Shown here: positions 25,006 to 38,630 of the stretch, one piece after another
Position numbering within the stretch: the stretch's first letter is position 1
Layout: each line of letters begins with the position of its first letter
DNA from: Xylographa opegraphella
Lineage: Eukaryota
Direction: 5' to 3'
Length of the DNA stretch: 64,000 nucleotides
NCBI GenBank assembly: GCA_022813865.1
Contig: JALDZX010000027.1
Coordinates: 62,001 to 126,000, forward strand
Notes under the pieces: generated by a model
What the model was told of the DNA's origin: nothing
The model's database searches: none
The model's input: the letters and a program-made list of their open reading frames with translations, nothing else
Translations under genes and position numbers: made by a program

Positions 25006-26432
25006 CTACACAAATGCCTGAATTCCAGTTATAGCTCTTCCAAGTATCAGGCCTAACGCGATCAGTCGATACCCTGACTCTATCGGGCATAGATGTACTT
25101 ACTGTGTATGTCGCTTTGCCCTTCATATGTTTGGGTTACAAAAAGATTTGAAACATGTCTACCAATATGGTACTCGTCGCTAACCGCGTTGCCGCCAAAT
25201 ATCTCTTGCAGTCTACACAGGGTCAGTATACTGTGATTCAGCACGCGAAATAACTCACGTCCTAGCATTGATCAATGCCCTGTCGCAGTTCTGTCTTTTG
25301 ATCATCGAAATCATTTCCGGTGATGCCTTTCCTTCGTCCTTCAAACGACCGACCTGAGTCGCAGCTAATATACCATATGCTGCGTCTGTTACGGCGTCTG
25401 ACAATTTCTTCTGTACTAACTGATATTTTGCTATGGGATTGTTTTTGAATTGTCGACGTTCCAAAGCATACGTTCGTGCTCTTGCGATACAGTCTTCTAA
25501 TGCACCCATCGTACCCCAAGCAATGCCGAACCTCGCGGAGTTCAGGCAGCTGAAAGGTCCCCTAAGACCTTCTACTTCTGGAAACATGTTTGCTTCCGGA
25601 ATTGGACATTCGTCAAGCTGTATCATGCCAGTGATGGATGCACGCAAACCGTTTTTGTTTTTGAGTGGAGGTGTTTCAAGTGTGCCGGGTGGGCACTGTT
25701 CACGGTCGATCAAGAAACCTCGGATTTTGCCACTTGATTGGAGCTTGGCCCACACAAGCATCACATCCGCAATAGGAGAGTTCGTTATCCAAGTCTTCGC
25801 TCCGGATATTGAGAGGTATCCTTCTTTTGAAGGATGGGGTTTTGCGGTTGTCTCCATCGAGCCAGGGTCTGAGCCGTGGTTTGGCTCTGTAAGACCAAAG
25901 CATCCCAGCGTTTTGCCTTTGGCTAATCCTGGCAAATATTTCTCCTTCTGCTCCTTTGTCCCGAACTCGTCAATTCCTCCCATTACAAGCGAACTTTGCA
26001 CCGACATTCCTGACCGGTAGCCAGAATCCACTCTCTCCACCTCCCGTGTAATGAGCCCAGATGCAACACTACTGACTCCAGCGCAATCATACCCCTTTAT
26101 TGTCGCACCCAAAAGCCCCAGCTCGCCCATCTCTTCCAGTATCTTTCGGTCATAGTGTTCTTGTCGATAAGCCTCTTGAAATGATCGATTAGTGGAGTTC
26201 AGTTCAAGTGACAAGCTTGCATACCCAAAACACGGGGGAGCATGCGTTCCTGGCAATAGGATCTGGCGGTCTCCTGAATGGCCAATTCCTCCTCGGTGAA
26301 TAGGCTAGCAGAATCTAAGGGATCTTCCCAATTGAATGGTACCGGAGCATGCAGATGCCTTTTGGGGATGTGTGGGTTATTCAAGGAGCAAGGCAGGCTC
26401 CTAGCACTGCGAATAATTGTAGTTCTAAACAT
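25006..26432 (-). CDS. GCDH: Mitochondrial glutaryl-CoA dehydrogenase (acyl-CoA dehydrogenase family)
   Basis: [53 protein letters not shown]. Arg/Ser-rich presequence. Three introns. Confidence 0.93.
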
Positions 26433-26747
26433 ACTAGATGTGTAGAAAGACAAAGAGAGATGCAGTGACCGAACATTTTGTGAGCGGGGACATCTCCATT
26501 CGTTCAAAGGATCTACTCAAGGTTTCCCCACAGCCTCGGTTTCCACCAAGGCGACGTCATTCGCACCGAAGGTCAACGCTCGTCTCTGTTAATGCGGATG
26601 TGCAGCAGCCTTCCTCTCGCGGCGGAGAATTATTGCCTCTAAAAGCCGTGATACCTATTGAATCGCATAGAGCAAAGATCTCTCACTCGCTGCTCGGACT
26701 ACTGTAATTGTGCACTTCTGTATCATCCAGTAAAGTGGTTTTCGGCT

Positions 26748-26761
26748 ACGCGTCAACGCGT
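26748..26761. promoter_or_regulatory. Two tandem MCB-like elements (ACGCGT) upstream of FEN1
   Basis: ACGCGT at 26748-26753 and 26756-26761, about 65 nt before the FEN1 ATG. Confidence 0.55.
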
Positions 26762-26825
26762 TCTTCTCCACGAACTCCATTGGCTTGGCCCGACTTACAA
26801 TCCAGGAGTATTGAAAATCTTCATC

Positions 26826-28296
26826 ATGGGCATCAAGCGTCAGTATCATCGAAGCTCTTAATGATTCTTGCTGGGTATGATCACTAACGAATTCAGAGCT
26901 TGCCGCTGTCATCAACGAACATGCACCGAACGCTATCAAGACCGGGGAGATTAAAAATCAGTTCGGAAGGAAGGTTGCTATTGTGAGTACTTCGTATATT
27001 CTTGACATACAGAGACCAACTATGACCCCTAACGTCTCCAGGATGCGTACGTTGACACCAATCGCTACAATTCCGCAGTCCCCCCTGAGTTCTAACACTG
27101 GGAGTGCTCAGGTCCATGAGCATCTACAGCTTCCTGATCGCGGTTCGCTCCGAAGGTCAAGTACTCACAAACGAAACGGGCGAGACGACTTCTCACTTGA
27201 TGGGAATGTTCTATCGCACGCTACGCATAGTCGAAAACGGCATCAAACCGGTCTACGTCTTCGACGGCGCTCCCCCGAAGCTCAAGTCAGGCGAGCTAGC
27301 CAAACGTTTCCAGCGTAAAGCGGAGGCCAATGAGGCTCACGAAGAAGCGAAAGAGACGGGTACCGCAGAGGAGGTCGAGAAGTTCTCGCGACGAACGGTG
27401 CGAGTGACAAAAGAGCACAATCAGGAATGCAAGAGACTTCTGACCCTCATGGGCGTGCCTTATATAGATGCTCCTACTGAAGCTGAAGCCCAATGCGCTG
27501 TTCTAGCGCGCGCTGATAAGGTGTATGCCGCCGCATCGGAAGACATGGATACCCTTTGCTTTGATTCACCTATTCTCCTCCGCCATCTTACCTTCAGCGA
27601 ACAACGAAAGGAACCCATCCAGGAAATCCATCTCGATCGGGTTCTGGAAGGTCTGGCAATGGACCGGAAGCAGGTGGGTGATATTCTGTTCAATAATTTG
27701 CCTTCTCCCCTTATGGCAAACCACCTCTCGACTGAATCGCCCCCCGAACTTGGAGACAAACTGACCTCTCCCAGTTCGTCGACCTCTGCATCCTCCTTGG
27801 CTGCGACTACCTCGACCCAATCCCCAAAGTTGGCCCCAACACCGCCCTCAAGCTGATCCGCGACCACGGATCCCTCGAAGCCGTTGTCGCCCACATCGAA
27901 TCCGACCCAAAGCACAAATACACCTTACCCGCCGACTGGCCCTACAAAGACGCGCGCGATCTCTTCTTCAACCCGGACGTCCACCCGGCCGAGCACCCGT
28001 CCTGCGATTTCCACTGGAAGGCGCCGGACGTGGACGGCCTGGTGAAGTTCCTGGTGGAGGAGAAGGGCTTCAGCGAAGACCGCGTGCGCAGCGGCGCCGC
28101 GCGGCTGAACAAGAACCTCAAAGTCGCGCAGCAGGCGCGGCTGGAGGGCTTCTTCAAGCCCGTGCAGCGCACGGAGGAGGAGAAGAGGAGCCTGAAGCGC
28201 AAGCACGACGAGAAGGCGGAGGAGAAGAAGAAGAAGGCGAAGCAGGAACTGAAGGCTAAGAAGGAGGCCAAGGGGAAGCCGCGCGCGCCGGCGTGA
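26826..28296 (+). CDS. FEN1: Flap endonuclease 1 (Rad27)
   Basis: MGIKQ|L...[39 protein letters not shown] box QARLEGFF, basic tail. Four introns including a 5-nt micro-exon. Confidence 0.96.
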
Positions 28297-29252
28297 TGGA
28301 GGGACGCGGGGGGGAGGGGGGGACTGCTCTGAGGCGGAAAGACCGCAGGGCTTCTTCTTTGCTTGGGAACCTTCGTGGCCAGGGCAGTTGGTGACGGTCG
28401 GTAGGCTTTGGCGGAGCTTGGGTATTACAGACCTTCTCGACAATTGAGACGTGGCGTTGTGGACTGGGGGGGGTTGGCTTTCCTTGCGACCAGGATGGCA
28501 TTCCATTGCATGAGCACGGCGTCGCGGGGCGCTCTGGCTGCGATATAAGCTACAGCCACACAGGCGTGAGTGCTGCTGTGCTGGAGAAATTCGCACATAC
28601 CATACATATACCGAGCTGCGCAAATCTGGTAGCCTACAACGGGTACTGGGCCAAAGTCCTTCTTCAAAACATGTTTTATGAGTAGCAGTCGCCGCAATTA
28701 CTTAAACGTGACTCTCATTGTCTATGGGACAGCTGACCCCGTCTGCTACTTCAGCCGATGACATGCATCCCCGTCCCCCCCCTTTGTCATATCATATCAC
28801 ATCAAAACCAAATCCATATTCTCCGTCCCGGACTCCGATCAAGATAGCAGCACCCACCCAAGAAATGCCCGCACATGCGATATATGCGCACGCGGAGCGA
28901 CCAAGACCGCGCGATTACACAGCCTGCCGAGTCCGTAGGCGGTGGGACAGAAGCAGAGGATGAGGAACTCTCCGCGCGCGAGGGCGGATAAGAAGTGAAC
29001 AAGGAGAATATGCTGGATGCTGGCATAGATGCAGGATGGGCAGGCGGGACGCCGCGATCGGATGGACATTGCGTACAGGCACCGTTGAGTATGACAAACC
29101 CAGTACATGAATCGGATGCTAGTGGTGACTGCGATGTAGCATTCCCGAGTCGGATATTGTGCGGCCCCCCCCCCTCCCTTCCAGAAACCCGTGTCCGAGA
29201 AAGGTGCTAGATATCCATGCCAAACACCCCACAAACCGCTCTCGAGCTCTCC

Positions 29253-30816
29253 TCACGCCTTCCCCGATTTCCGATCCGCGGTAATCATGATCCTATTACA
29301 CATTAGCGAGTGCCCATTGCCCCAACGACCCCCTCCGCCGCTCAACATACGGCAAACTCTCAAAGACGACTCCATTGCGCTCGTAATGCGTGACGAACCC
29401 CCCCTGCAGCACCCTGCGCAGCCCCTTGAGCCGCATCAGCTTCCACCACTTATCGATGCGCATCACGCCGTCCTTGTGGATGCGCACCGCCATGCGACTG
29501 CCGTAGCGCTTGCCCGTCTCGTGGCTGATGGCGTTCTGGTAGCGCGGCCCGCGCGTCGGGTTCTCGACGCTGTTGTGGATGTCGGAGAAGTTGGAGTGAA
29601 TGGACTTCTTGTCCTTCTTGGATAACGAGCGCGAGTTCAGCTTCGCGAGGTCGCTCAGCGTGTGCAGCAGCTGGTCGGTACGGCGGTAGGCGACGTAGCG
29701 CTTGACGAGCCGGGGTCCGGAATCGGACTCGTCGTCTGGGTCGGCGACGACGTCTTCGTCGCTGTCGGAGAGGACCTCGTTCTCTTCCGGAGGTGTGTAG
29801 GACTTCTCGTACAGGAGAGCGATGTTCTCGCCAGCGGCGATCTGGACCGCGGGGTCGGAACTGCCAAGCTGCTCCACGAAGGCGTCCATGGCGTCCTCGG
29901 TTTCGGCGGAGAGGTCCTCGATGAGCGTGGCGAGGAAGCCCCACTCTTCGAGAGCGGTGACAACAGGTACGGGCTCGTCCGGCGCGGAGATGAAGTGCCC
30001 GTCTGAAGAAATGATCTCGAGGAGGAAGGTCATGTTCTCGAGGATCTCGTCGTCGGAGGCGCCGCCGTAGAAGGTGCAGGTACCGAGGGTGTGGATAGCC
30101 GCAGATTTGATCGGGATAGATGAAGAATCGGATATTGTGCGCTTGAGAAGGGAGGAGGCGGCGTCGTAAATGGCGTCGGAGGGAGAAGTAATGAGTGTCA
30201 TGGCGAGAGCTGGTTCAATAGGTCAACCTCGAGCATTCCGGCTTGGGGACTGCGGGGGAGAAAGCACCTTTCATTGCCAGTATTGTCTCCTTCTCACTTG
30301 TCTCTGCCTTGATACTCTTCAGGAATGAGGCCACCAAGTCCATCTCCTTCCCCCTTATCTCATCCTCGGCATAAGCGCTTGTTAATATCCGAATGTACGC
30401 TGTGAGGGTTGCCTCCCGGCCTGATACACTGCTTCTCTTCCGGTCTATCGTCTCTTCGATCCTCTCTGCCAACTCCAACTTCCACGCTTCCGTCGCGGCC
30501 TCGGAATCGTCCACGGCTATCATTTCATCGATCGAGTTGACGCTATGCTGGATCAGTGGCTGTAGATCTCGAGCGCAAACATCTACTGCTGGCCTCAAAC
30601 ATGCAGATGAAGCGTTTCCGTCCAAACTTACCTAAACGAAGTCTCATCACTCAGCTCTCCTTCATCGTCCGACCCTGCTCGGCTGGCAGCTTTGCTCACA
30701 GGGCGCGAGTTGGCCGCGGAATTCCCGCGCGAACTCGCCGTGGACGACTGCTTCGACTTCGCCTTTCTCGAGACTGTCTTACCACTCTCCAGGGCTTGTC
30801 GCCTCAGATCATGCAT
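29253..30816 (-). CDS. IFRD (interferon-related developmental regulator) domain protein
   Basis: MHDLRRQALESGKTVSRKA start, QIAAGENIALLYE, IDKWWKLMRL, last exon IMITADRKSGKA*. Three introns. Confidence 0.85.
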
Positions 30817-31472
30817 CTTGTACGCAGCAACGATTTATAAATTTTGTTTCCAATAGTGCCGTTTACGCAGACAGCCTCTCGGGCTTGGAATCTGCGTTGT
30901 GGGTTACTGGAGCGGTAATGGATATTTGTAACAGTAATAAGTAGGCCGACAATAAGAACCTAATCGATCTTCCATAAGGCGGACGACGACGATGCTGTAG
31001 TGAGTCATTTATGGTAAGGGGAGGTCGCGTAGTGGTAACTGAGAAATGAGGCGGTCTGAACTACAACAAGAGGCAACCTCGGGCAAGTTTCCGCATTGTG
31101 GGGTTCGCCAGCACAACTCTTGCGGTGCGCCGCATCTCGCGCCACATGACTGGTTCAGATGATAAGCGGACTTCGGGCTTAGGTACCACTACATCAGGCT
31201 ACTCGTACCTAATGTATCTATCGTAGTTGTTTCAAGTCGAAGTAGACCACAGCGCATGTCCAACAACCCGGCTCTTCACAATATCTTTGTCAATTTTCCT
31301 TTGATAAGGGCAATGGGTGGCTCTGGGCATGTGACCGCAACCATGTAACGAAGTCCCAGTACGAGTATCATGTGAGCAACATTCACACACCAGAACACGG
31401 TCATCGGCAGAGTCCATTCAAGATCCACGAACGAGTATGATTGATACAGCGAGTCGAGCCCTTTACAATCAC

Positions 31473-34400
31473 TTAAACGGCCAGTATGTTCTGGACCCCC
31501 TTCCAGTCCCCCTTTGCCCGGTGCTCCCAGTAGCTTTCCTTCCCGCTTTTGAGCTTCCACACCTCCTCGCCCTCCACGCCTTCGGCCTTGGTGAACCACA
31601 TAGGATGCCATTCTGACCCCTCCTCTTCCGTGACACGTCTTCGTTCTCGCTGTGCTTCTTCCAGTTTGGCCTTGAAGAGTTCGGCCTTGTCCCAATCTCC
31701 CTCCTCCGCAGCTCGTTGGTCGGGCCGGAATCTGCTATCGGTGGGAGGCAGTCTGTCCTGGTCCCGCCCGATGATCTCGTTGAGGGAAGCCGTGAACGTC
31801 GTGAATCCGTAACATTTCGGAGCGTCGGCCACAAGTTCGCCAATGTTCCAGATGGCCTGTGAACGGGGAATGCCATTCTCAACGATGGCTAAAGACTGAG
31901 TCCACTTCCCTATCAGACTCAGTGGGAGCTCGTCGCCCTGCGAGTCGAAAACCTCCACTCCAACATCGTCGCTGCGTCCAGACCACATTCCCTTTATCTT
32001 GAATGTGACCACAGCTTTCTCCCCTGTGGTCTCGTTCGTAAGCGTCATAGTTCCAACCGGTTCGGCATACTTTTCTCCCGCAATGAGATTACGAAGTATA
32101 ACGGTAGCTGGTGTCCAGCTGAAACAATCACCAGTAGCGTGCAGAACAACACGAATACGGCCCTCGGTAATCAATTCGACCGACTTGCCCCAGAATTTCT
32201 GCGTGGGCGACGGTGATTGGGTCAAGCTCCAACCTTCTGATTCAGCCTGGCATGCCATTCTCACAGGACGATGGGAAATCTTCTCGGCCATAAATCGGAA
32301 GCCCCGGTCTTCTCTTACGAGCTCGAAGGTCTCGCCTAGCATAGGGTTGAAAGGCTTTCTCAATGCTCTTTCTTTAACGCGGAGAGAGGACTGCGATGAT
32401 ACTGCAAAGGCGGCGACATACAACAAACGTTCCAGACTTGTCGACGAGGGCCTTGCAGCACTGTCTAGTAAGGTTGAGTATTCCAGCTGCTCCGAAAGTT
32501 TTTGCAGGAGAGAGATTGGTTCATTCGCAGAGACCGGCATTGAGATTGTTGAAAAGTCTTTACCAACATTCTTTCGAAGAAATCCTATAATACTTGGCGG
32601 GGTGATTGTAGGTGGAGGTATCATTTTTCGCCGCCTTACCGGCTCCAATGGTAGCGGGTAGAGGGATTTCGCTTTGGATGGAAAGAGGGATTTAGCTACA
32701 CCTCCAGAAACCATTGACCGTTCGAGACTATCATCATCCTCGATTTCGCTCGCAGAGTCGTGATCATCGGTAGCAAAGTCGTTGTCAACGGGTCCAGCCT
32801 CATCATCGGTTTCGTGTTGAATGGTAAGAAGCTGCGACGTTTCTCCGCCTTCAGCATCAAAGAATTCTTGAGTTCCTTGTGAATCAATACTCACGCGTGA
32901 GTTGACAAGAGCTCCCTCAGGCGACCGTCGCTCTTTGCTCTCAGCAATTAGGTTGGTGAACTCAGCTACGACAAGTTCCAGATCTCTCAGTAACACCATA
33001 CATTGCTCATGTATGCCGTCCTCAGCGCAATTACGAAGCTGCGATTGCCGGGGGAGCGATGCTTGTGCGCGTTCGGTCGAAATAGATAAGCTTCGAGGCG
33101 AAGGCAGTTGAGGCTGAGCCGATACACTTCGCTTGAATATTCCCGGATTTGCTCGAGTATTGCTGACTTTTCGTTTCCAGAATGGTCGCCGCTCGCCATT
33201 TTGAAAATATTCATCATTGACCGAACCTTCGACCGGACTGCCCTCCACGCTAGGTAGCTCTTGGGTACGACTTAAGTCGGTGCTACTTCCTGCGATCGAA
33301 CTCGACGTGCTGAGGGATAGATATTTGGGATCGGTGTCCTTTGCTAGGCGGCGGGCAGTATCTCGAGATACAGCAACCTTATCTACTAAGCGTTGCAGCC
33401 TGAACCATTCACGCTCTTCTGCGTCGTTTAACTTGGGCTGTGACCGGCTTGGAATCTGTGGTCCAGTCCCTAAGCCACCGGGGATAGAAGGCTTCCTGCT
33501 CGATGTTTTGGAAGCTGACTCCAGTGCAATTTTCCAGGCTTCGAACTCCTTCTGGTTGGGTGCCCGTAAGTGCCAAACCTCGGCCCCTGAATCGATGGAA
33601 ATCTCCCTTGTAGTGCCATTGGCTCCGATTGCCGCTAGAGACAGCGGAACGGCTCCACGTAGTGCCAGAGTGTTCCGATTATGATAATAGGACAATGTAG
33701 ACGAATTGAAATCAAGGGAGAAGAACCTCCGAGCATAGCCTTGATGTCTCTTTCGCCTCCTCTTCTGTAAGATACCTGTAAAGAAAGCCGAATTCGTACT
33801 GCTATCGCTGTTGTGGTCCACGCGACTGGGTACTTGAGCGCTTGGCCCGTCAACTTGGTTGATAGTCCCAAGTGGACGGGGTACTGAATCGGAAGAGCTA
33901 CGCTTCTCTACCTTCAACATAGACTTTGACCTCTGTCTTGCGCTGGACAGACTGCCGGCAGACGTCCCTTGGAAATGGTGGACCTGATGGTTCGATTGCG
34001 GAGCATTATCAGTCGGATAGGTAAGAAGAACGAAGGTTGCCTGTTTTGCAAACGATTTGGCAAAGGTGTTGTCAAAGACCAGGGCATACATTCCCCCTTC
34101 ACTATCTGGCACCTTGTACTCTCCAGACGTGATCTGGTTTGCCTCGCAAGTCCCATGCCATTGTATGAACTTCAATCCTATGCCTTTCAACTTTTCTACA
34201 ACGGCCGTGGAGCTTCCCTGCGGTTGAGCTGTCTCAGCGGTGGTATCGACAGGTGGGAGTCCTGGGGTTAAGGGAGCATCGAAAGTGGTCGAAGGTAGAC
34301 GAGGTGTGGGTGCAGCACCAGAGCCTGGATGCTTGAAAATGCCGAAATTTATAGGTTTCTTGTGCGGCTGTATGCTCCATGATATTGTATGCCCGCCCTT

Positions 34401-34512
34401 CACGTTCACCCACCGGACCAGGTAAGACTAGTGAGACCGTCAGCGATGGTCAATGAAGTGAGGGGGGCAGGAGTACTTTGCTGTGAATTTCGAGCTGCTC
34501 CATGCCGGCCAT
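31473..34512 (-). CDS. OSH3: Oxysterol-binding protein-related, Osh3 type (GOLD-PH-ORD)
   Basis: First exon MAGMEQLEIHSK, GOLD-like LVFDNTF, PH domain, ORD motifs KPFNPMLGETFE, EKISHRP, PTDSRFRPD. Confidence 0.93.
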
Positions 34513-35585
34513 CCTGAATAATAACGCTGTTCATGCAAGCCGTATAGGATGCGGAAAGAAAGTCGTATGCAGCACGACACAAGGATGGTTGGGCTGACAG
34601 GATCAGTCGGCCATCTGGCCTAAGAGATGCAAAACCGATACTCCATTCACGGCATATCGGATGCCAGCAAGCCTTCCGTCCTCATCCGACTCGCGAAGTA
34701 TAGCTTGGTAAGAACTGATGGGTCAGGTGTGCCTCAGATACAGATCAAGAATGTTTACTATCCAACGGCGGAGGCTTCCTCTCAGAATTACAGGAATTGA
34801 GGGCACGGATCATCGCTCGCTGCAGCCCATGAATTTAGCGGCCGCTCACTCTAAAACAACAGTTGCGCGACACGCGAAAAGGCCGAGGGCCAGCTAAAAA
34901 GCCGCCCGGAGTCTCGCAGTCTTTGTGACCGAAACTGAGGCTGAGGAAACGATGCAGCTCGCCGAACAAGAGGTCGCACCGGATACGTCAGTCACCGAAC
35001 GTGCATACCTACCGTCTGCCGGCGTCAGGTAATGGTCGAGCGTGATACGCCCGGTAAGGCAAGCCGTTGACTTGCGCCATTATACGAGCGGCTTTTGTCA
35101 TTCGCGACATCGGATTGGTCTCGAGTCCCGGCCTCTCCAGGGATGGATGCTCCTCTTCAGAGGGTAAAATTTTTATTTAGCAGCCAGCTGTGGAGCGACT
35201 CCAGAATCTTTTCCGTCGCTTACGGTGCGCAATTACAAGTCTCTTGCCTTACTCTTCTACTGTCAAAATACATCGAGTCGTCTTCCAGTATCCACTCGCC
35301 CGACAGGAGCGATATGACTGTAGTGCTACCATCTGTAAAGGACTCGCGTAACGGCTCTTCGTATTGCAATCATATTCATGTGGCAAGTCGTGGAGCGGAT
35401 TCGGGACAATTTAGAAACCCGCGATCAGCGGCATGGCAAGTGATAGGAGACAGCGCGATCAACAGTCCAAGTCAACACGCGCGCCGAAGTTCCATGAGTC
35501 ATGTGGATCAATATTCTGATATGTACAAAGAATTAAGTACCGCCATAACTTTTCCATCGTCATATGCATCACGCATCCCCATGAT

Positions 35586-36667
35586 CTAGTTGGGCTGATC
35601 CGGGTCCCCACCGTTCAAGAGCTTCACGATCTGCGACGCCATCACGTCCTGCATGGGGTAGGTGGGGTGCAAGCTGTTGAGCCAGAAGTACTCGTTGACC
35701 GGGTATGTGCATTGCGGGTAGAAGGTGTCCGGCTGGGGAGTGCCGTTCGCGTATGACGGGCAATACCCGGTGGTGTTCTTGTAGAGCGCAGTCGCGGGGA
35801 ACGAGGCTGGGTAGGTGAGCACGGCGGAGAAGATGGCATTGGTGTCGAACTGGAAGACGGTGGCATCCGGGTGGGCAGCGGCAAAGCCATAGGCCATCGC
35901 GGCAAGACGGTCGTTGAAGTCGGCAATGTCAAGACCCTCCAGCGCAATCGCGCCTGGGCCGTACTCGGTGGTGCCGGGGGAGAGGTTGACGGGTGGGACG
36001 TTGAGGAACAGGAAGTTGCGGGCACCAGCAGCGTACAGCTAGTGAGAGGTCAGCCAGTTCATGGCACAGATGTAGCATACCGGTCTTACCTGGTTGACAA
36101 GCTTGAGGTAGATGCTGAAGATCTCACCGTTCAGAGCATCGTTCTGTGCGCCGTAGGAGTTGCCCACGTCGTTGATCCCAAAGAAGGCGGCGAACAAGCT
36201 GTTGTCCGCTGTCCACCCGGCCACGTTGGATTTGGTTCCATACACGGGAAGGAACTCCGCATTGACTTGATGGACGAAGTCGAGTACGGTAGGTAGGTAC
36301 TGAGCCACGAGGGCCGAGTCCACGGTGGCACCACCATAGGCCAAGTTGTATGTCTCAATCAAACTCTGGTTGTATTTGACGGTCATGTCATCAATCCAGC
36401 CTGGGCCGTTAACGGCGGTGTAGCCCGGGTACGGTGGGTTTCCGAGAGGGTTGCCTGGGCTTGGCTGTGTGCCGGAGACATTGAAGCCGGTGGTTGTGTA
36501 GGAGTCACCGCTATTGTCCATCAGTTGGGAGGAGGACTGCATGAGGTTGGCTCGTTTTCTTACAATGGGAAGAACTTCGTGACACCAGACCAGCCATGCC
36601 AGTACTTGCCCGCTGTTGGGGCAGCCAGCGCCACGGGCAAAGCCAGCAGAGCAGCGGTGGCCTTCAT
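35586..36667 (-). CDS. Secreted SGNH/GDSL esterase (carbohydrate esterase CE16-like)
   Basis: Signal peptide MKATAALLALPVALA, F|GDSY, NLAYGGAT, FGIND, GARNFLFLNVPP, WLNSLHP. Two introns. Confidence 0.88.
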
Positions 36668-38012
36668 GATTGAGGGCATGTCGGACGATGCTTGGTTGAT
36701 GGTCTCGAGCTTTCGGCTAAGTCCTGTCCCACTTCACAGGAGACAAATGGCACAGAGAAAGCAGGTCGTTTGATTGTCCCACGAGATGGAGCACGGAATG
36801 GACGAGATTTGGCGGACATGGCAGCTTTATAGGTCGAAGGTGCTTCCTCTTTGGGTTTCCTGCCATCTCAGATGCAGAACCTAGCCCCATCCACCCTGTA
36901 CACAAAGGCCATTCGAGGAGGGCCGGCATCAGTTGCACGCACCTGGGGAGCGGAGAAGAACGACGTCTGCCGTCGAACAGGGGACTTCGGCGGAGTGGAA
37001 GCTGGGGAAGGAGGGCAATATGCGGGGGAATGACCCCTGCCCGCCCTGGATCACTCGCCACTTGTGGAGACGGCTGCAGTGATTTCGAGCGATTGCCCCC
37101 CATTCAACGGTTTGTACAGCGCCCAATCCAATTCGGGCCTGGATGTGGCCCGGAGCACGCAGCTCCGCACTGCTAGAGCACTGAGAGGTGCATGCAGGAG
37201 AGTCGGTAAGTTCAACGTCGACGTGATGATGCGTAGCTCCGGCCGAAGCTTGATCGTACAAGTACGCGGAGATGGATGCCCCGTACCTTTGGTCCAGGAA
37301 CCGTGAGCCAGACCGTCCCCATTAGAATCCAAGTCTACTCTGTATCGATGTTGTGGCGGGCAGAAACTCGCACCGGCTGCGGGACTTCTCCAACGATGTG
37401 GAAATTTGGCATTCCTACAACAAAGACCGACTCCTCCCGGGAAGACAACGGATGCGATTGTACTCATATTACCGTCTTTGTTTCAAGCCTCGACCCGTGT
37501 ACAGTATCATTACTATCATTGCACTCGACAGTTGTTTCGCCTGGCCGACAAGAGTACCCAGGTATCCTAGTAACGAAGTACATATGTACCTTAGCTAGTC
37601 GTGATTCCTCAGATCCGACCTTACCGTACTCCGTAATACCCGGCACTTAGGGCGGCTGAAAAGACCAAGGCAATCACCCGCTCACGTACGTAGTTTAGTG
37701 GCTCTTAAAGCACATACTAGAGGAAATTACTCCGTACATTTCCTGGCGGTCGAACAGCAGGGGACGGTGATCCGGGCTCAGGAAGGGGAGTGGGATGTTC
37801 TGAACCACGTAACGTACGAGTGATTCAGGGTAGAAGGAAAAGCATTTGTCTGAGCGGTCCATGGAAAAACGTATACACGATCTAAGTACGGAGAAATCGC
37901 TTGAAGTTAATATGGACGGTCGTAAAAACAGCACTATACTGAGTGCAGCCGTGCAATTTTGGAATCCTTCGTAAAAAGTTTCAAAAAAAATCAAAAAAGA
38001 ATACCCTGCTTT

Positions 38013-38084
38013 TAGCACTGTCTGGTTTCGATCCAGAGCCCTCCGGGTTATGAGCCCGGCGCGCTTCCGCTGCGCCACAGTGCT
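38013..38084 (-). tRNA. tRNA-iMet (CAT), initiator
   Basis: AGCACTG acceptor stem with A1-U72, anticodon arm CCGGG-CTCATAA-CCCGG, initiator-type T-loop ATCGAAA, 72 nt, oligo-T downstream. Confidence 0.97.
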
Positions 38085-38630
38085 GACTAAGTTGAAAGGA
38101 TGACAATCCAACATAAAATATATCCTTTTGATATATTTTCGGACAGCTTCTTCCGAGGTTTATCGTTGATATACTCATCTGCTGCGGACCTCTTGAAACA
38201 AAGCTTTTAGTGGCACAACACATTATATTTTAGCCCGCTTTCCTTGACGTGAAATCCTTGGATTTCAGCATTATTTGAATAATCTATCGCTTCATCTACT
38301 GAATGTTCTGCGTCTTCATCAATGGTGCTCGCTCGACGATGAGCTGCACGGCAAGCAAAATATAAATTACAAAGACTGGCCAATCGGAGCCCCATCAAAT
38401 CGCGGCGGGATTCGCCTCCGTGCCCCGGCCGGGGAGGATAAGGTCCCAGAAGGTCCCGAAAGGCCAGCCTTCCTCAAGGTCCACTGCACGCTTCATTGAA
38501 TAGCAAGGTCTATGCCTGCCTACAATTTCTTGTCAACGGAGCCTCCTTCGCTGGGTATGTCGTCCGTACCGTCGACCTCGGAAGCCAGCTTGAGTTTAGT
38601 TCGTCAATCCATGAGCCCACGCAAGGCGAT

